DNA of 64,000 bases from Promethearchaeota archaeon (GCA_019058245.1 JAHPZJ010000019.1:2371-66370); one strand, 5' to 3'. Counted from the first letter of the stretch, positions 1 to 10,193 are shown. Numbers and translations are program-made. The notes: generated from the letters alone by a model not told the origin.

Positions 1-543
1 CATAGAAATTTACATTATGAGAATTGTAAATATTTTGCAGCTATATTTGGAATGCTTGGAATAAAGATAACTGATATAATTTACTCTCCTATAGAATATT
101 ATTGTAGAATGGATTTATTAGAAACAGATCTTCTGTTCAAAAAAGAATTAGTTAAAAAGGAAAGATTAAAGCTTTTAAAGGAAAATGTTGATTTTTTAAT
201 TAACTTAAATAGAATGCTTGATGATAAAGATATGTACTTATGGATTAATTTAGCAGAGGATAATGATTTATTCATTAGTATTAAAAATGAAAAAGTTTTT
301 AACAAACTGATTAATAGAGTAGAAAATGATTTGCGAAAATTTGGTTCTGGTGAAGATTTTCTCAATAAAGTTTTGAAATTCTTTCATAAACTACATTGGA
401 TTAAAATCGAAAATTTGAAGACTTTATCTTTTCAAATAGAGCAGTCAATTGAAAAAGATCCTGAAAAAAGGCAACTACTCTTAGATTATCTCTCACAATA
501 TAAGAATATTTCTCGAATCGAAAAAACCTATATTTTAAATTAA
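1..543 (+). CDS. Hypothetical protein, 5'-partial (frame is open from base 1)
   Basis: The frame of ORF 52..543 has no stop back to position 1 (HRNLHYENCKYFAAIFG-M). No motif recognised. Confidence 0.6.
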   Translation, partial: HRNLHYENCKYFAAIFGMLGIKITDIIYSPIEYYCRMDLLETDLLFKKELVKKERLKLLKENVDFLINLNRMLDDKDMYLWINLAEDNDLFISIKNEKVFNKLINRVENDLRKFGSGEDFLNKVLKFFHKLHWIKIENLKTLSFQIEQSIEKDPEKRQLLLDYLSQYKNISRIEKTYILN

Positions 544-768
544 AGATAGATGGATAGATTAACAACTAAATTTAAATTAATAACAATCAAAGCTGACATT
601 TCTTCAAGATACTGCCATAAAACAGTGTAGAAAGCCCTCTTGATAAAATAATTATTAAACTTTTAATTCACCTTATCTTACAATATCCCAAACCTTTTTT
701 GAAAATAAGAATAAGAATTATTACTTCACTATTTATAGTATTGGATAATCATTAAAAATAAAATTTGA

Positions 769-2697
769 TTGAGTATGACTCAACAATATGATTATGAAAA
801 ATTAGGTCTTAAATGTGGATTAGAGATCCATCAACAACTTGATACCAAAAAAAAGTTGTTTTGTAGATGTCCTGCTATACTTCAAGGAACTCGGGAGCCA
901 GATTTTACTATTAGTCGAGAAATGAGACCTGTATTAGGAGAAATGGGCACTTATGATCAAGCAATGCTTACAGAATATGAAAAGGGAATGGGAATTACAT
1001 ACGAAGGCTATAATGATGTTGTATGTACTTATGAACTTGATGATACACCTCCTTTTTCATGTAATAATGAAGCGAGAAGGATAGCATTACAAATTGCTAC
1101 ACTTTTAAATGCTAATATTATCGAAGAAATGCATGTGTGCCGAAAAAATTATTTGGATGGAAGTGTTCCGTGTGGTTTTCAGAGAACAATGATTTTAGGT
1201 ACCGAAGGTTATTTGACTTTAGAAAGTGGTAAAAAAATTCGGATAGATATATTAAGTTTGGAGGAAGAAGCTGCTAGAAAAATTAAAACAGAAAATAAAA
1301 TAAATTACTTTCGATTAGATCGATTAGGAATTCCATTAATTGAAGTAACTACTAAACCTGACATAAATAATCCCGAGGAGTGTCGAGAGTGTGCTGAAAG
1401 AATAGGATTACTCTTATGGTCAACAAAAGTTAAAAAAGTTCTCGGATCGATTAGACAAGATGTTAATGTAAGTATTGAAGCAGGAACTAGAATTGAGATT
1501 AAAGGAGTTCAAAAATTAGGTTGGATCCCACTCTTAATTAATCATGAAATTTCACGTCAATTAAATCTCCTTGTTATAAAAGAAGAACTTCGAAGAAGAA
1601 AGTTAAATGAGAACAATATTCAAAATAAGCCAATTGATTTATCAAATTCATTAAAAAATATTAAATCCTCATTTTTAGCTAAAGGTATTAAATCAGGAAA
1701 AAAAATATATGGAATAAATTTCAGTGGATTTAAAGAATTATTTGGGAAAGAATTAATGGAAGATTATAGATTTGGAACGGAAATTAGTAGTAAAGTAAAA
1801 CTAATCTCAGGACTAAAAGGAATTATTCATTCCGATGAAGAACTGATAAAATATAATCTATCTAATGAAGATATTAATATAATTAAAGAGAAATTAGGCA
1901 CAAAGGAAAAAGATTGCTTTATATTAGTATTAGGCACAAAAAATGAATGTATTAAAGCCATGGATGTTATAATTACAAGAGTTAAATTTGCTTTTAAAGG
2001 TGTACCACCGGAGACTAGAAGGGCTTTAGAAAATGGAAATACTGAATTTTTAAGAGAACTTCACGGAGGTGCAAGATTGTATCCCGATACAGATTCAGAA
2101 CCTATTTTTAATTACGAAGAAGAACTCAATGAAATTAAAAAGTCTCTTCCAGAGTATCCGTGGATAACTATAAAACAATATTCTGAAAAATATAAAACTG
2201 AAGAAAGAATAATAAAAGACTTAATATTTACAGGGAAAATAGACTTATTCGATAAATTAATAAAATTATATCCAAATAATCCCTCGTTAATCTTTACTAC
2301 TCTATTAGAAACTACGACCGCTTTAAGAAGAGAAGAAAAAAACATAGAAAATATAACTGATGATGATTATGTTGAAATCTTTTCTCTCTTGAAAAAAAAA
2401 GAAATTAGTAAAGAGGCTATTGAAGAATTAATGAGTATTAAAGCTGATTCTCCAGAACTTTCTATTAATCAGATTAAGAAGAAATTGAAAATCGAAAGTA
2501 TTTCTATAAGTGAACTCAATAGCTTTATAGATGAAATTGTTAAAAAAAACCTCAAATTAATAAAAGAAAAAGAAATGAGAGCAAAAGGACCATTAATGGG
2601 AGAAGTTATGAAAAAAGTAAGGGGAAAAATTGATGGTGCTGTAGTTTCTAAAGAACTTGAAAATTCTATAAAAAAAACATTAAAGGAGATGAAATAA
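769..2697 (+). CDS. gatE: Glu-tRNA(Gln) amidotransferase subunit E
   Basis: GLKCGLEIHQQLDT, LFCRCP, RLDRLGIPLIEVTT, IRQDVNVSI, YPDTD motifs; C-terminal YqeY-like tail; adjacent to gatD. Confidence 0.97.
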   Translation: MSMTQQYDYEKLGLKCGLEIHQQLDTKKKLFCRCPAILQGTREPDFTISREMRPVLGEMGTYDQAMLTEYEKGMGITYEGYNDVVCTYELDDTPPFSCNNEARRIALQIATLLNANIIEEMHVCRKNYLDGSVPCGFQRTMILGTEGYLTLESGKKIRIDILSLEEEAARKIKTENKINYFRLDRLGIPLIEVTTKPDINNPEECRECAERIGLLLWSTKVKKVLGSIRQDVNVSIEAGTRIEIKGVQKLGWIPLLINHEISRQLNLLVIKEELRRRKLNENNIQNKPIDLSNSLKNIKSSFLAKGIKSGKKIYGINFSGFKELFGKELMEDYRFGTEISSKVKLISGLKGIIHSDEELIKYNLSNEDINIIKEKLGTKEKDCFILVLGTKNECIKAMDVIITRVKFAFKGVPPETRRALENGNTEFLRELHGGARLYPDTDSEPIFNYEEELNEIKKSLPEYPWITIKQYSEKYKTEERIIKDLIFTGKIDLFDKLIKLYPNNPSLIFTTLLETTTALRREEKNIENITDDDYVEIFSLLKKKEISKEAIEELMSIKADSPELSINQIKKKLKIESISISELNSFIDEIVKKNLKLIKEKEMRAKGPLMGEVMKKVRGKIDGAVVSKELENSIKKTLKEMK

Positions 2698-4056
2698 ATG
2701 ATTGAAAAACTTAAAGGCTATAGAGAAGAAGGTAAAGAACTCCTTGAAAAAAATCAAATAGAAATTTGGGATATTGTCCAAATAAAAACAAGAAAAACTC
2801 AATATGAGGGAATAGTATTACCTAGAATTGAACATTCCGCCCCAAATTTCATTAACATTAAATTAGAAAACAATTACAATATAGGAGTAAAGGTTTCTGA
2901 AATTTTGGAAATTAATAAGATTGGAAAGAAAGAAGCTTCCTATAAAATACCTGAAAAAGATTTCCCACATAACAAAGCTCTTCCGATCCTAAAATTGTTT
3001 GGTACAGGGGGTACTATAGCCTCACGATTAGATTATACTACTGGAGCCGTAATTCCTTCGTTTACCCCTGGAGAATTATTCAGTGCGGTCCCAGAATTAG
3101 CAGAAATATGTAATCTGGAATGTGAAATTGTATTTGAAATTCTTTCAGAAAATATGAAACCTCATAACTGGCAAAAACTCGCAGAAAAAGTCAAGGATGC
3201 AGCAAATTCAGGGATCGATGGTGTTGTTATTGGTCATGGAACCGACACAATGTCATATACCAGCACTGCACTCTCTTTCATGTTAAAAGATTTATCTATT
3301 CCAGTAGTTTTAGTAGGAAGCCAAAGAAGTTCTGATAGACCTTCTTCCGATGCTGCTTTAAACCTAATTAATGCCGCTGTAGTAGCAAGTTCTGATATTG
3401 CAGAAGTAGTACTTACAATGTTAGGATCTCCTTCTCATGAGTATGGTTTAATTCATCGAGGAACTCTAGTAAGAAAAATGCATTCTTCTGTCAGACACAC
3501 TTTTAGGACTATTGATAGTATACCTTTAGGTTTAGTTCAAAACAGAAAAATAAAGATGTTTACTACAGATTATAGAAAAAAATCAAAAAAATCAACTCAA
3601 ACATTTCCTAATTTTGAAAGTAAAATTGCTCTTGTGTATTCATACCCAGGAAATGATAATAAATTAATTAATTTTTATATAGACAAGGGATATAAAGGAA
3701 TTGTACTTATTGGAACGGGATTAGGACATGTCTCCACTAATTTATATGAATCAATTGAAAGAGCTATTCAAGAAGGTATAACAGTCCTTATGACGACTCA
3801 AACACTCCATGGATTTATAGGAATGAATGTCTATTCCACCGGGAGAGAATTGTTAAATATGGGCGTGATTCCAGGCAAAAATTTATTACCAGAAGTAGCA
3901 TATGTAAAACTTGGATGGGTACTAGGACAAACGTCCAATCCTGAAGAAATTAAACATCTAATAAACAAAAATATTGCTGGTGAATTCTTAGAAAGAGAAA
4001 TTCCTATAGCATTCAATTACAATATCGATGAATTGTTGAAAAATAAGAAGCTATAA
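2698..4056 (+). CDS. gatD: Glu-tRNA(Gln) amidotransferase subunit D
   Basis: Asparaginase-type motifs GTGGTIAS, HGTDT, GSQRSSDRPSSD, RKMHSS; N-terminal GatD domain. Confidence 0.97.
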   Translation: MIEKLKGYREEGKELLEKNQIEIWDIVQIKTRKTQYEGIVLPRIEHSAPNFINIKLENNYNIGVKVSEILEINKIGKKEASYKIPEKDFPHNKALPILKLFGTGGTIASRLDYTTGAVIPSFTPGELFSAVPELAEICNLECEIVFEILSENMKPHNWQKLAEKVKDAANSGIDGVVIGHGTDTMSYTSTALSFMLKDLSIPVVLVGSQRSSDRPSSDAALNLINAAVVASSDIAEVVLTMLGSPSHEYGLIHRGTLVRKMHSSVRHTFRTIDSIPLGLVQNRKIKMFTTDYRKKSKKSTQTFPNFESKIALVYSYPGNDNKLINFYIDKGYKGIVLIGTGLGHVSTNLYESIERAIQEGITVLMTTQTLHGFIGMNVYSTGRELLNMGVIPGKNLLPEVAYVKLGWVLGQTSNPEEIKHLINKNIAGEFLEREIPIAFNYNIDELLKNKKL

Positions 4057-4185
4057 AATATTGGTTTTAATTGGTTTTGAGCAATACCTCTTATTTTTTA
4101 ATTCTTTATTAAAAATCAATTAAAAAGATAAAAAATTTAAGCTTTCAATAATTTAAGTTTATATCCAGAGATTATCGTGAAGTAA

Positions 4186-4914
4186 ATGGGAAAACGAATA
4201 TTAGCCCAAAGAAAAGGAAGAGGCGTTCTTGGATTTAGATCTCCAAGTCATCGACATGTAGGACAAGTAAAATATCGCCCATTCAAGAAAAATGAGAAAT
4301 TATTTAAATTTAAGGTATTAGATCTCATCCATTCTCCAGGAAGAGGTGCTCCAATAGCCAAAATTCAATATGATGATAATACAAAAGGTTTATGGTTACC
4401 TCCAGAAGGAGTTTTTGTAGGTCAAGAATTTATCCAATCCAAAACGGGATATGGACAATCAATAGAAGTTGGAAATGTCCTACCTTTAAAAAAAATGCCT
4501 TTAGGAACTCTAGTCTTTAATGTAGAGTCAACTCCTGGCGATGGAGGTAAATTTTCTCGAGCTTCTGGTGTTACTGCGATTGTAAGGAACAGATCTGGCA
4601 ACAAAGTTGAGCTTCTCTTTCGTTCCAAAAAGACCAAATGGATTCATCAGGACTGTTTGGCTACTATTGGTGTGGTTGCAGGAGGAGGACGCACAGATAA
4701 ACCTTTTCTTAAAGCAGGTAATAAATTCCATTTTGTAAAATCTAAAGCAAAAAAGTGGCCTGTAGTTCGTGGTGTTGCTATGGTTGCTGCATCTCATCCA
4801 TACGGAGGGGGAGCCAAACAATCTCCTCACAAACCAACAACAACCAGCAGAAATGCTCCCCCAGGAAGGAAAGTTGGTCAAATAGCAGCAAGAAGAACTG
4901 GACATCAAAACTAA
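4186..4914 (+). CDS. rpl2: 50S ribosomal protein L2 (uL2)
   Basis: MGKRILAQRKGRG, PGRGAP, WPVVRGVAM..HPYGGG, PPGRKVG.IAARRTG. Confidence 0.98.
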   Translation: MGKRILAQRKGRGVLGFRSPSHRHVGQVKYRPFKKNEKLFKFKVLDLIHSPGRGAPIAKIQYDDNTKGLWLPPEGVFVGQEFIQSKTGYGQSIEVGNVLPLKKMPLGTLVFNVESTPGDGGKFSRASGVTAIVRNRSGNKVELLFRSKKTKWIHQDCLATIGVVAGGGRTDKPFLKAGNKFHFVKSKAKKWPVVRGVAMVAASHPYGGGAKQSPHKPTTTSRNAPPGRKVGQIAARRTGHQN

Positions 4915-4973
4915 ATATACAAGAACAAAAATGTCTTGATATTTTATTCAAAAATCTGATTCTTATATCTTTA

Positions 4974-6268
4974 TTAATCCCAGTGATAATAAATAAATTT
5001 GAACCAATTATATCTCTTATCTGATAATTGACTTTCTAAATCTTTAAGGTTTATTGGGAATTCATAATCTTTCCCAAATAAATATGAATTTACATAAATT
5101 CTATTCTCTCTTATAGAAATTCGAATTTTTGTAATATAAATACTTATGTAATAATCATTATAATATTGATTATAATTATTTGTCAAATCAATGAGGATTT
5201 GAATGAATGTTGTCAACCGCTTAAAAGTATCTATTGATGTTATATCATATTCATTTAAAATAAAATTAGAAAGATCCGAATATCTTTTTTGTAATCTTTG
5301 AAATAGTTTTAATTGTGGCTCATCTTTAAATTTACTGATATAACTTAATTTTATCAGGAATTTATTGATCAAAGGATAAAGGTCCGGTCTTGATTTCAGA
5401 ATTCTATTTTTAATCAAAATGAGACTCTCTGAGTTAATTAATTCAAAAAAATCGGAATATCTTCGAATAAGATCTAAGATCTCAAAAGCTACTTTGACTT
5501 CTTGAACTTTCCCATTTATTTGTTTTTCAAATCGTTTTTGAGATTTTTCTAAATCTTTATTAGATAAGACGTCTCCAAATAAATTTAGTTGTTTTAAACT
5601 TTTTAACGATTTTTTTTCTCTACTTGGTTTTTCTACTTTTTCCTTTACATTTCTTCTTAGTACAGATTTTTCATAGAGTAAAGAATGTGATCGTTGATAA
5701 GGATATTTAGTAATTAATTGAGTTTTAATAGATGATATGATTTCGAGTGGTTTAAGAAGTTCATTTAATTTTTTAAATAACCAATCGAGATATTCTATTT
5801 CATTTTGAATCCGAAATTCTCCATTATTAGTAATTTCCACAGTAGGGATCAACATGCTGTAACATTCTTCCTCACTCCTCTCTCCCGCTGGTGTATCTTT
5901 AATCAAGTGAAATGATTCATCAATATAACAATAGAGTTTTTCGAGATCTTTAAAAAAAGAGTAAAATAGATTTATAAGATATCCAGGTTTGTCGATAAAA
6001 TCTTTTTTAATATCAATTGTAAATAAATCTTGATAAATTCCTCACTTAAAATGTTTTCAAGTAAAAATCCATCATTTATTAAAATATTCAGAAGAGAAGA
6101 TAATTGTTGTACCAAAAGGGTTAACCTTTTTAACTCAATCTTTTTAATGACTTGTTCTAGTACCATTCTCATATCTCGTGTAAGATATGAATATCTATGG
6201 TCCAATCCAAATAAGTAATTAAATGATAATAAAATATCTTCTTTCTCAAATTTAACTTCATATATCAT
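4974..6268 (-). pseudogene. Hypothetical protein split by a single frameshift (ORFs 5972..6268 and 4974..5906)
   Basis: The downstream frame stays open to 6041 and overlaps the upstream ORF; a -1 shift near 6035-6041 joins them into ~430 aa. Pseudogene or sequencing error. Confidence 0.55.
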
Positions 6269-6411
6269 ATACTAGATTTTTTCTTCATCTTAAGTAATTA
6301 TAACTTATAATGTTTTTATCTCTTATAATTTCGCTCCTCCTCCATATGGGTGGGAAGAATTATTACAAAGATTTATTAAACTATTATTTTAAGAAAAATT
6401 AACAGATTGTA

Positions 6412-6484
6412 CCCCCCAACCCTGGGATCTTGAAAAAATAGAAAAAGGAAAAAAACCTAGCTTAATTTAAATTAGCATTAAAAT
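6412..6484. repeat. Diverged direct repeat copy 1: duplicate of the tfb 3' end (FNANLN-stop) plus downstream region
   Basis: CCCCCCAACCCTGGGATCTTGAAAAAATAG...TAGCTTAATTTAAATTAGCATTAAAAT aligns with 7518..7591. Confidence 0.85.
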
Positions 6485-6555
6485 GCAAACATCTTTTATT
6501 AGATATTCCGCGGGATGAAATGAATACTTGATAGTGTGATTGAAGGAAGGAGAAA

Positions 6556-7323
6556 ATGAACACTTCTATCTTAATTGAGGGAAAAATATCAGTAGAGACA
6601 GTTCTACACTCAAAATATCGTAAGGTATTGACTTTATTTTATGATGTTGCCAAACTCCAGAGAAAAAGGAGTAGTAAACAATCAAAATCCGTCAAGCGAA
6701 TTATTGAGTTAGTAAAATCTAGAGACATCAAGATTGAAGCAGTGGATAGCAAATGGTTTGAAAAAAATGTAAAAGGGAAGACTCATGGAGGAATTGCTGC
6801 TCTAATAAGCGAAAGAACCTACCAAAAAATACACGAACTCTTGAAATCGAAACCACGCATATACTTTTATTTAGATGGTATTGAAGACCCATATAATCTT
6901 GGTTATACAATACGGTCGTTATTTGCTGCGGGAATAAATGGTATCCTAATGAGAAAGAGAGATTGGCATGAAGTGGAGTCGCTTATTATTAAATCCTCAG
7001 CTGGCACTTCAGAATTAATGCCGATAGTATTAGTCGAAGATCTGATTGCAACATTAGACATATTCAAATCTAATAATTACACCATAGCTTGTACTGATAA
7101 AGATAACGGTCAATCATTATATAAAAGTAGCTTAAAACCTCCTTTGTTTATTGTAATTGGAGGCGAAAAAAGAGGGATTAATCGCACTTTATTAGATAAA
7201 TCAGATGTAACTATTACAATACCCTATAAGCGAGAATTTACTGGATCTCTCCCGCTTCATTCAGCCGCAACTATAATTGGGTTTGAAATTCTAAGACAAC
7301 AACAATATGATACACCTAAATAA
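6556..7323 (+). CDS. TrmH/RlmB-family (SPOUT) RNA 2'-O-methyltransferase
   Basis: N-terminal substrate-binding domain (EGKISV..HGGIAA); SPOUT motifs DPYNLG, KSSAG, GGEKRGI, SLP..SAA; strong SD AAGGAG. Confidence 0.9.
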   Translation: MNTSILIEGKISVETVLHSKYRKVLTLFYDVAKLQRKRSSKQSKSVKRIIELVKSRDIKIEAVDSKWFEKNVKGKTHGGIAALISERTYQKIHELLKSKPRIYFYLDGIEDPYNLGYTIRSLFAAGINGILMRKRDWHEVESLIIKSSAGTSELMPIVLVEDLIATLDIFKSNNYTIACTDKDNGQSLYKSSLKPPLFIVIGGEKRGINRTLLDKSDVTITIPYKREFTGSLPLHSAATIIGFEILRQQQYDTPK

Positions 7324-7337
7324 ATAGATCAAGAATC

Positions 7338-7492
7338 TTGATTAAAAAACAAGAACTTAATTTTTGGACTTGTTATCACTGCAGTACTGAAGTGGATATG
7401 GATTCTATTTATTCCGTGAATGTGGTGTGAATCAGGATTTGGATTCAATATTTTGTCATAAATGCGGATTTCGACTTAAAAAATATGAATAA
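7338..7492 (+). pseudogene. Frameshifted double zinc-ribbon remnant
   Basis: LIKKQELNFWTCYHCSTEVDMDSIY, then a frameshift into RECGVNQDLDSIFCHKCGFRLKKYE-stop. Confidence 0.5.
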
Positions 7493-7517
7493 GAAAAGAA
7501 AATTTTAGAAATTGATT

Positions 7518-7591
7518 CCCCCAACCCTGGAATATTGAAAAAATGGAAAATGGAAAAAAAACTTTAGCTTAATTCAAATTAGCGTTAAAAT
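7518..7591. repeat. Diverged direct repeat copy 2, overlapping the tfb 3' end
   Basis: CCCCCAACCCTGGAATATTGAAAAAATGG...TAGCTTAATTCAAATTAGCGTTAAAAT matches 6412..6484. Confidence 0.85.
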
Positions 7592-8465
7592 TAAACGTTA
7601 TATTATGCAAAAATTCTTTATATCGTGAACGAAGTGTTACTTCAGTGACTCCTATTACTTTTGATATATCTTTTTGGCTTACCTTTTGATTTTTTAGTTT
7701 AGATACTAAATAAATAGAACCTGCAACTAACCCTTTTGGGTCTTTACCGCAAATAGAAGTGTTTTCAATGAAATTTTGCAACACTTTTATTGCCTCTTTC
7801 TCTACATTAATCGACAACCCTAAATCAGCGCAGTAGCGTGGAATAAGGGACACAGGATCAATATGAGGTGATTTTAAGTTCAATTCTCTTACTAAAATCT
7901 TATAGCATTTCTTTACGATATTATCATTTATTGAAGCCTCATCTAAGATTTCTTGAAGAGTAATAGGAACTTTTTCCTGTTTACATACATAGTATGCACA
8001 GGCTGCAATCATACCATTTATAGATCTGCCCCTTAAGAGATTCTTTTTAAACACTTCTTTATAAAGTCTGACAGCAGATTTCTTTACACGCTCAGGAAAA
8101 TTAAGATTGCTTCCGATCCTCTTTAATTCGGTTATGGCAATTAACATATTACGTTTTTCCCAAGATAAGTGAGTATTCCATTTTGCTGCTCTTCTTAAGT
8201 CGGGATTTTTAATTTTTGTTCTATCTATTATTGTGCTCAAACCAATATCAGGCATTAAAATTGAAATAGGACATCCCGTTCGTTCCTTTTTATCCTTCTC
8301 TTGTTTTGAATAAGCCCTTATACCACTGTGAGATACATCAACAGCTTTTTCAGATACAACTAAACCACAATGCTGACATACAATCTCCCCTCTTTGATGA
8401 ACATCTATTGTTGATCCACCACATTCAGGACAAAAACCTGTTTGTGGTTCTACTTCTACAACCAT
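7569..8465 (-). CDS. tfb: Transcription initiation factor IIB (TFB), divergent paralogue
   Basis: Zn ribbon CPECG..GEIVCQHCGLV; two cyclin folds (LRGRSI, GKDP.G..AG); HTH VTEVTLRSRYKE. Confidence 0.95.
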   Translation of the reverse strand: MVVEVEPQTGFCPECGGSTIDVHQRGEIVCQHCGLVVSEKAVDVSHSGIRAYSKQEKDKKERTGCPISILMPDIGLSTIIDRTKIKNPDLRRAAKWNTHLSWEKRNMLIAITELKRIGSNLNFPERVKKSAVRLYKEVFKKNLLRGRSINGMIAACAYYVCKQEKVPITLQEILDEASINDNIVKKCYKILVRELNLKSPHIDPVSLIPRYCADLGLSINVEKEAIKVLQNFIENTSICGKDPKGLVAGSIYLVSKLKNQKVSQKDISKVIGVTEVTLRSRYKEFLHNITFNFNANLN

Positions 8466-8527
8466 AAATCATAACCCTTCCTATTATTTAATATTTTTAG
8501 ACTTTTTTACACACACAATAAAGTTGT

Positions 8528-8747
8528 TTGTTGTAAAAAAACTTTTTTGTTATTATAAATATAAATCATATACTCATATTTAAATCTTATTGTTGTAAAA
8601 AATTGTTTAAATATTGGTTTTGTTTGTATAAAAACTCATCTAGACAAAGCTTTTGTTATACTATATTTTAGTACAAAATGTTAATATGTTAATTTAAAAT
8701 TGATATATTATCCACATTATATTCTTTTTGAATTTATTTTACAACAA
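8528..8747. promoter_or_regulatory. Repeated motif TTGTTGTAAAA (8528, 8590, inverted at 8737) in the divergent tfb/regulator intergenic region
   Basis: Three exact copies of at least 11 bp; two bracket an AT-rich TATA-like stretch upstream of tfb. Confidence 0.45.
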
Positions 8748-9057
8748 ATTATTTATCATCGTAATACTTTGTAGGATTTTAAAAAATTGTAAGAAATCCC
8801 ATTTTTTCATACACAAATATTACATATACAAAATTAATTTTGATTTTTTGTGTACAAATTGATCTTCAAACGGACAATTATCAAATAAAAAAACGTTAAA
8901 TAATAGTTCTTTTATTTTGTTTTTATATAAAAACTAGTTAGGATTAGGTTGTACAAAAATTAGTCCTCTTAAAAACCCAGATGAAAATGGCTACAATGGC
9001 GATAAAGAGGGATCTTATCTCGATAAAAATGAAAACTCTTCAGAAAAAACAGAGGAA

Positions 9058-9891
9058 ATGAAAAAATATGAGAAAGAGACAGGTCGTTATGCTATCTGGC
9101 GGGGAATAATAACTGAAGGATTTAGAAGGTGGCAAAAAGGCGAAAAAGTATATCAAAGAGATAAGGAACGTATCTCATTATACGTTTCTGAACAAACTAA
9201 ATCAAAATGGTTAAACTATACTAAAAATAATGGAGAATTATCTATCTCTAAGCTAATAAGAGAAGCGGTTTCATCATTTATAGAAACTAATTCTAATAAT
9301 CCTGCATATAGGTTATCAAAATTAAACCCTCAAACAATTTCAAATATTTCGCACACTTTAAAAGAGCCATTAACTTCGATAAAAGGGTATTCTCAGCTAC
9401 TACTCGAGAATTACAAGGAAAAATTAAATGATCAGGTATTAGAAACAGTAAGAAATATTTTTGAACAGAGTATTCTTCTTGAAAAGAAAATAATAAATAT
9501 TTTAGATAATATAAAAGTGGAATCGGAATACGATGTGTTATTAATAGAAGATGATCTCGCAACTATTCGATTAATAACTAGCTATTTTGAGAGTAAAGGA
9601 TTTAAATGTAAAGGAGTAGTAAGTGGTTCAAAAGGTTTGGAGGAATTAGGGAATACAATTCCAAAACTAATTTTGTTAGATATAATCTTACCTGATCTTA
9701 GTGGGTATGATATCTGTAAAACAATTAAATCTGATAAGGAATGGGCTCAAATTCCAATTTTCTTTCTAACAGCTATAGCTGGAAGTGAAGTTGAAAAGAA
9801 CTTAATTGATACGAAAGCAGATGGGTATATTTTAAAACCCTTTAATTTTTCTGATTTTGAAATAATTTTTAAGATCTTAAATAAAAGCTAG
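9058..9891 (+). CDS. RHH + HisKA(DHp) + response-regulator receiver protein, paralogue 1 (possible ATT start at 8959)
   Basis: RISLYVSEQTK..W..ISKLIREAV (RHH); ISHTLKEPLTSIKGYSQLL (H-box); receiver residues IEDD, LLD, LTA, LKP; no HATPase domain. Confidence 0.85.
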   Translation: MKKYEKETGRYAIWRGIITEGFRRWQKGEKVYQRDKERISLYVSEQTKSKWLNYTKNNGELSISKLIREAVSSFIETNSNNPAYRLSKLNPQTISNISHTLKEPLTSIKGYSQLLLENYKEKLNDQVLETVRNIFEQSILLEKKIINILDNIKVESEYDVLLIEDDLATIRLITSYFESKGFKCKGVVSGSKGLEELGNTIPKLILLDIILPDLSGYDICKTIKSDKEWAQIPIFFLTAIAGSEVEKNLIDTKADGYILKPFNFSDFEIIFKILNKS

Positions 9892-10193
9892 TTAAATAAT
9901 TTCTTCCTTTGACTCCTTTAGATTTTATAAAACATCATAATCTAATTTATATTATTCCTTTCAAAACACCACTTTCGGTAAGATAATATCTTCATAATAA
10001 AAAAGATTTATAAATGGATAAAAAATTACACAATATTGATATAATTGTAAAAAAAAGATATATCCAAACAGATTTTTATAAAATTAGGAAAAAGGATGAA
10101 ATCTAATATAAAACTATTGAAACATTTTTGCATATAATTAGGGTTAATTGATTGGATCTTTACACAAAATGTAGTATTTGATAAAAAAAGGGG

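Noticed and set aside
6030-6045. Programmed frameshift or selenocysteine readthrough
   Set aside because: No canonical slippery heptamer or SECIS seen; the TGA at 6042-44 only bounds the alternative frame.
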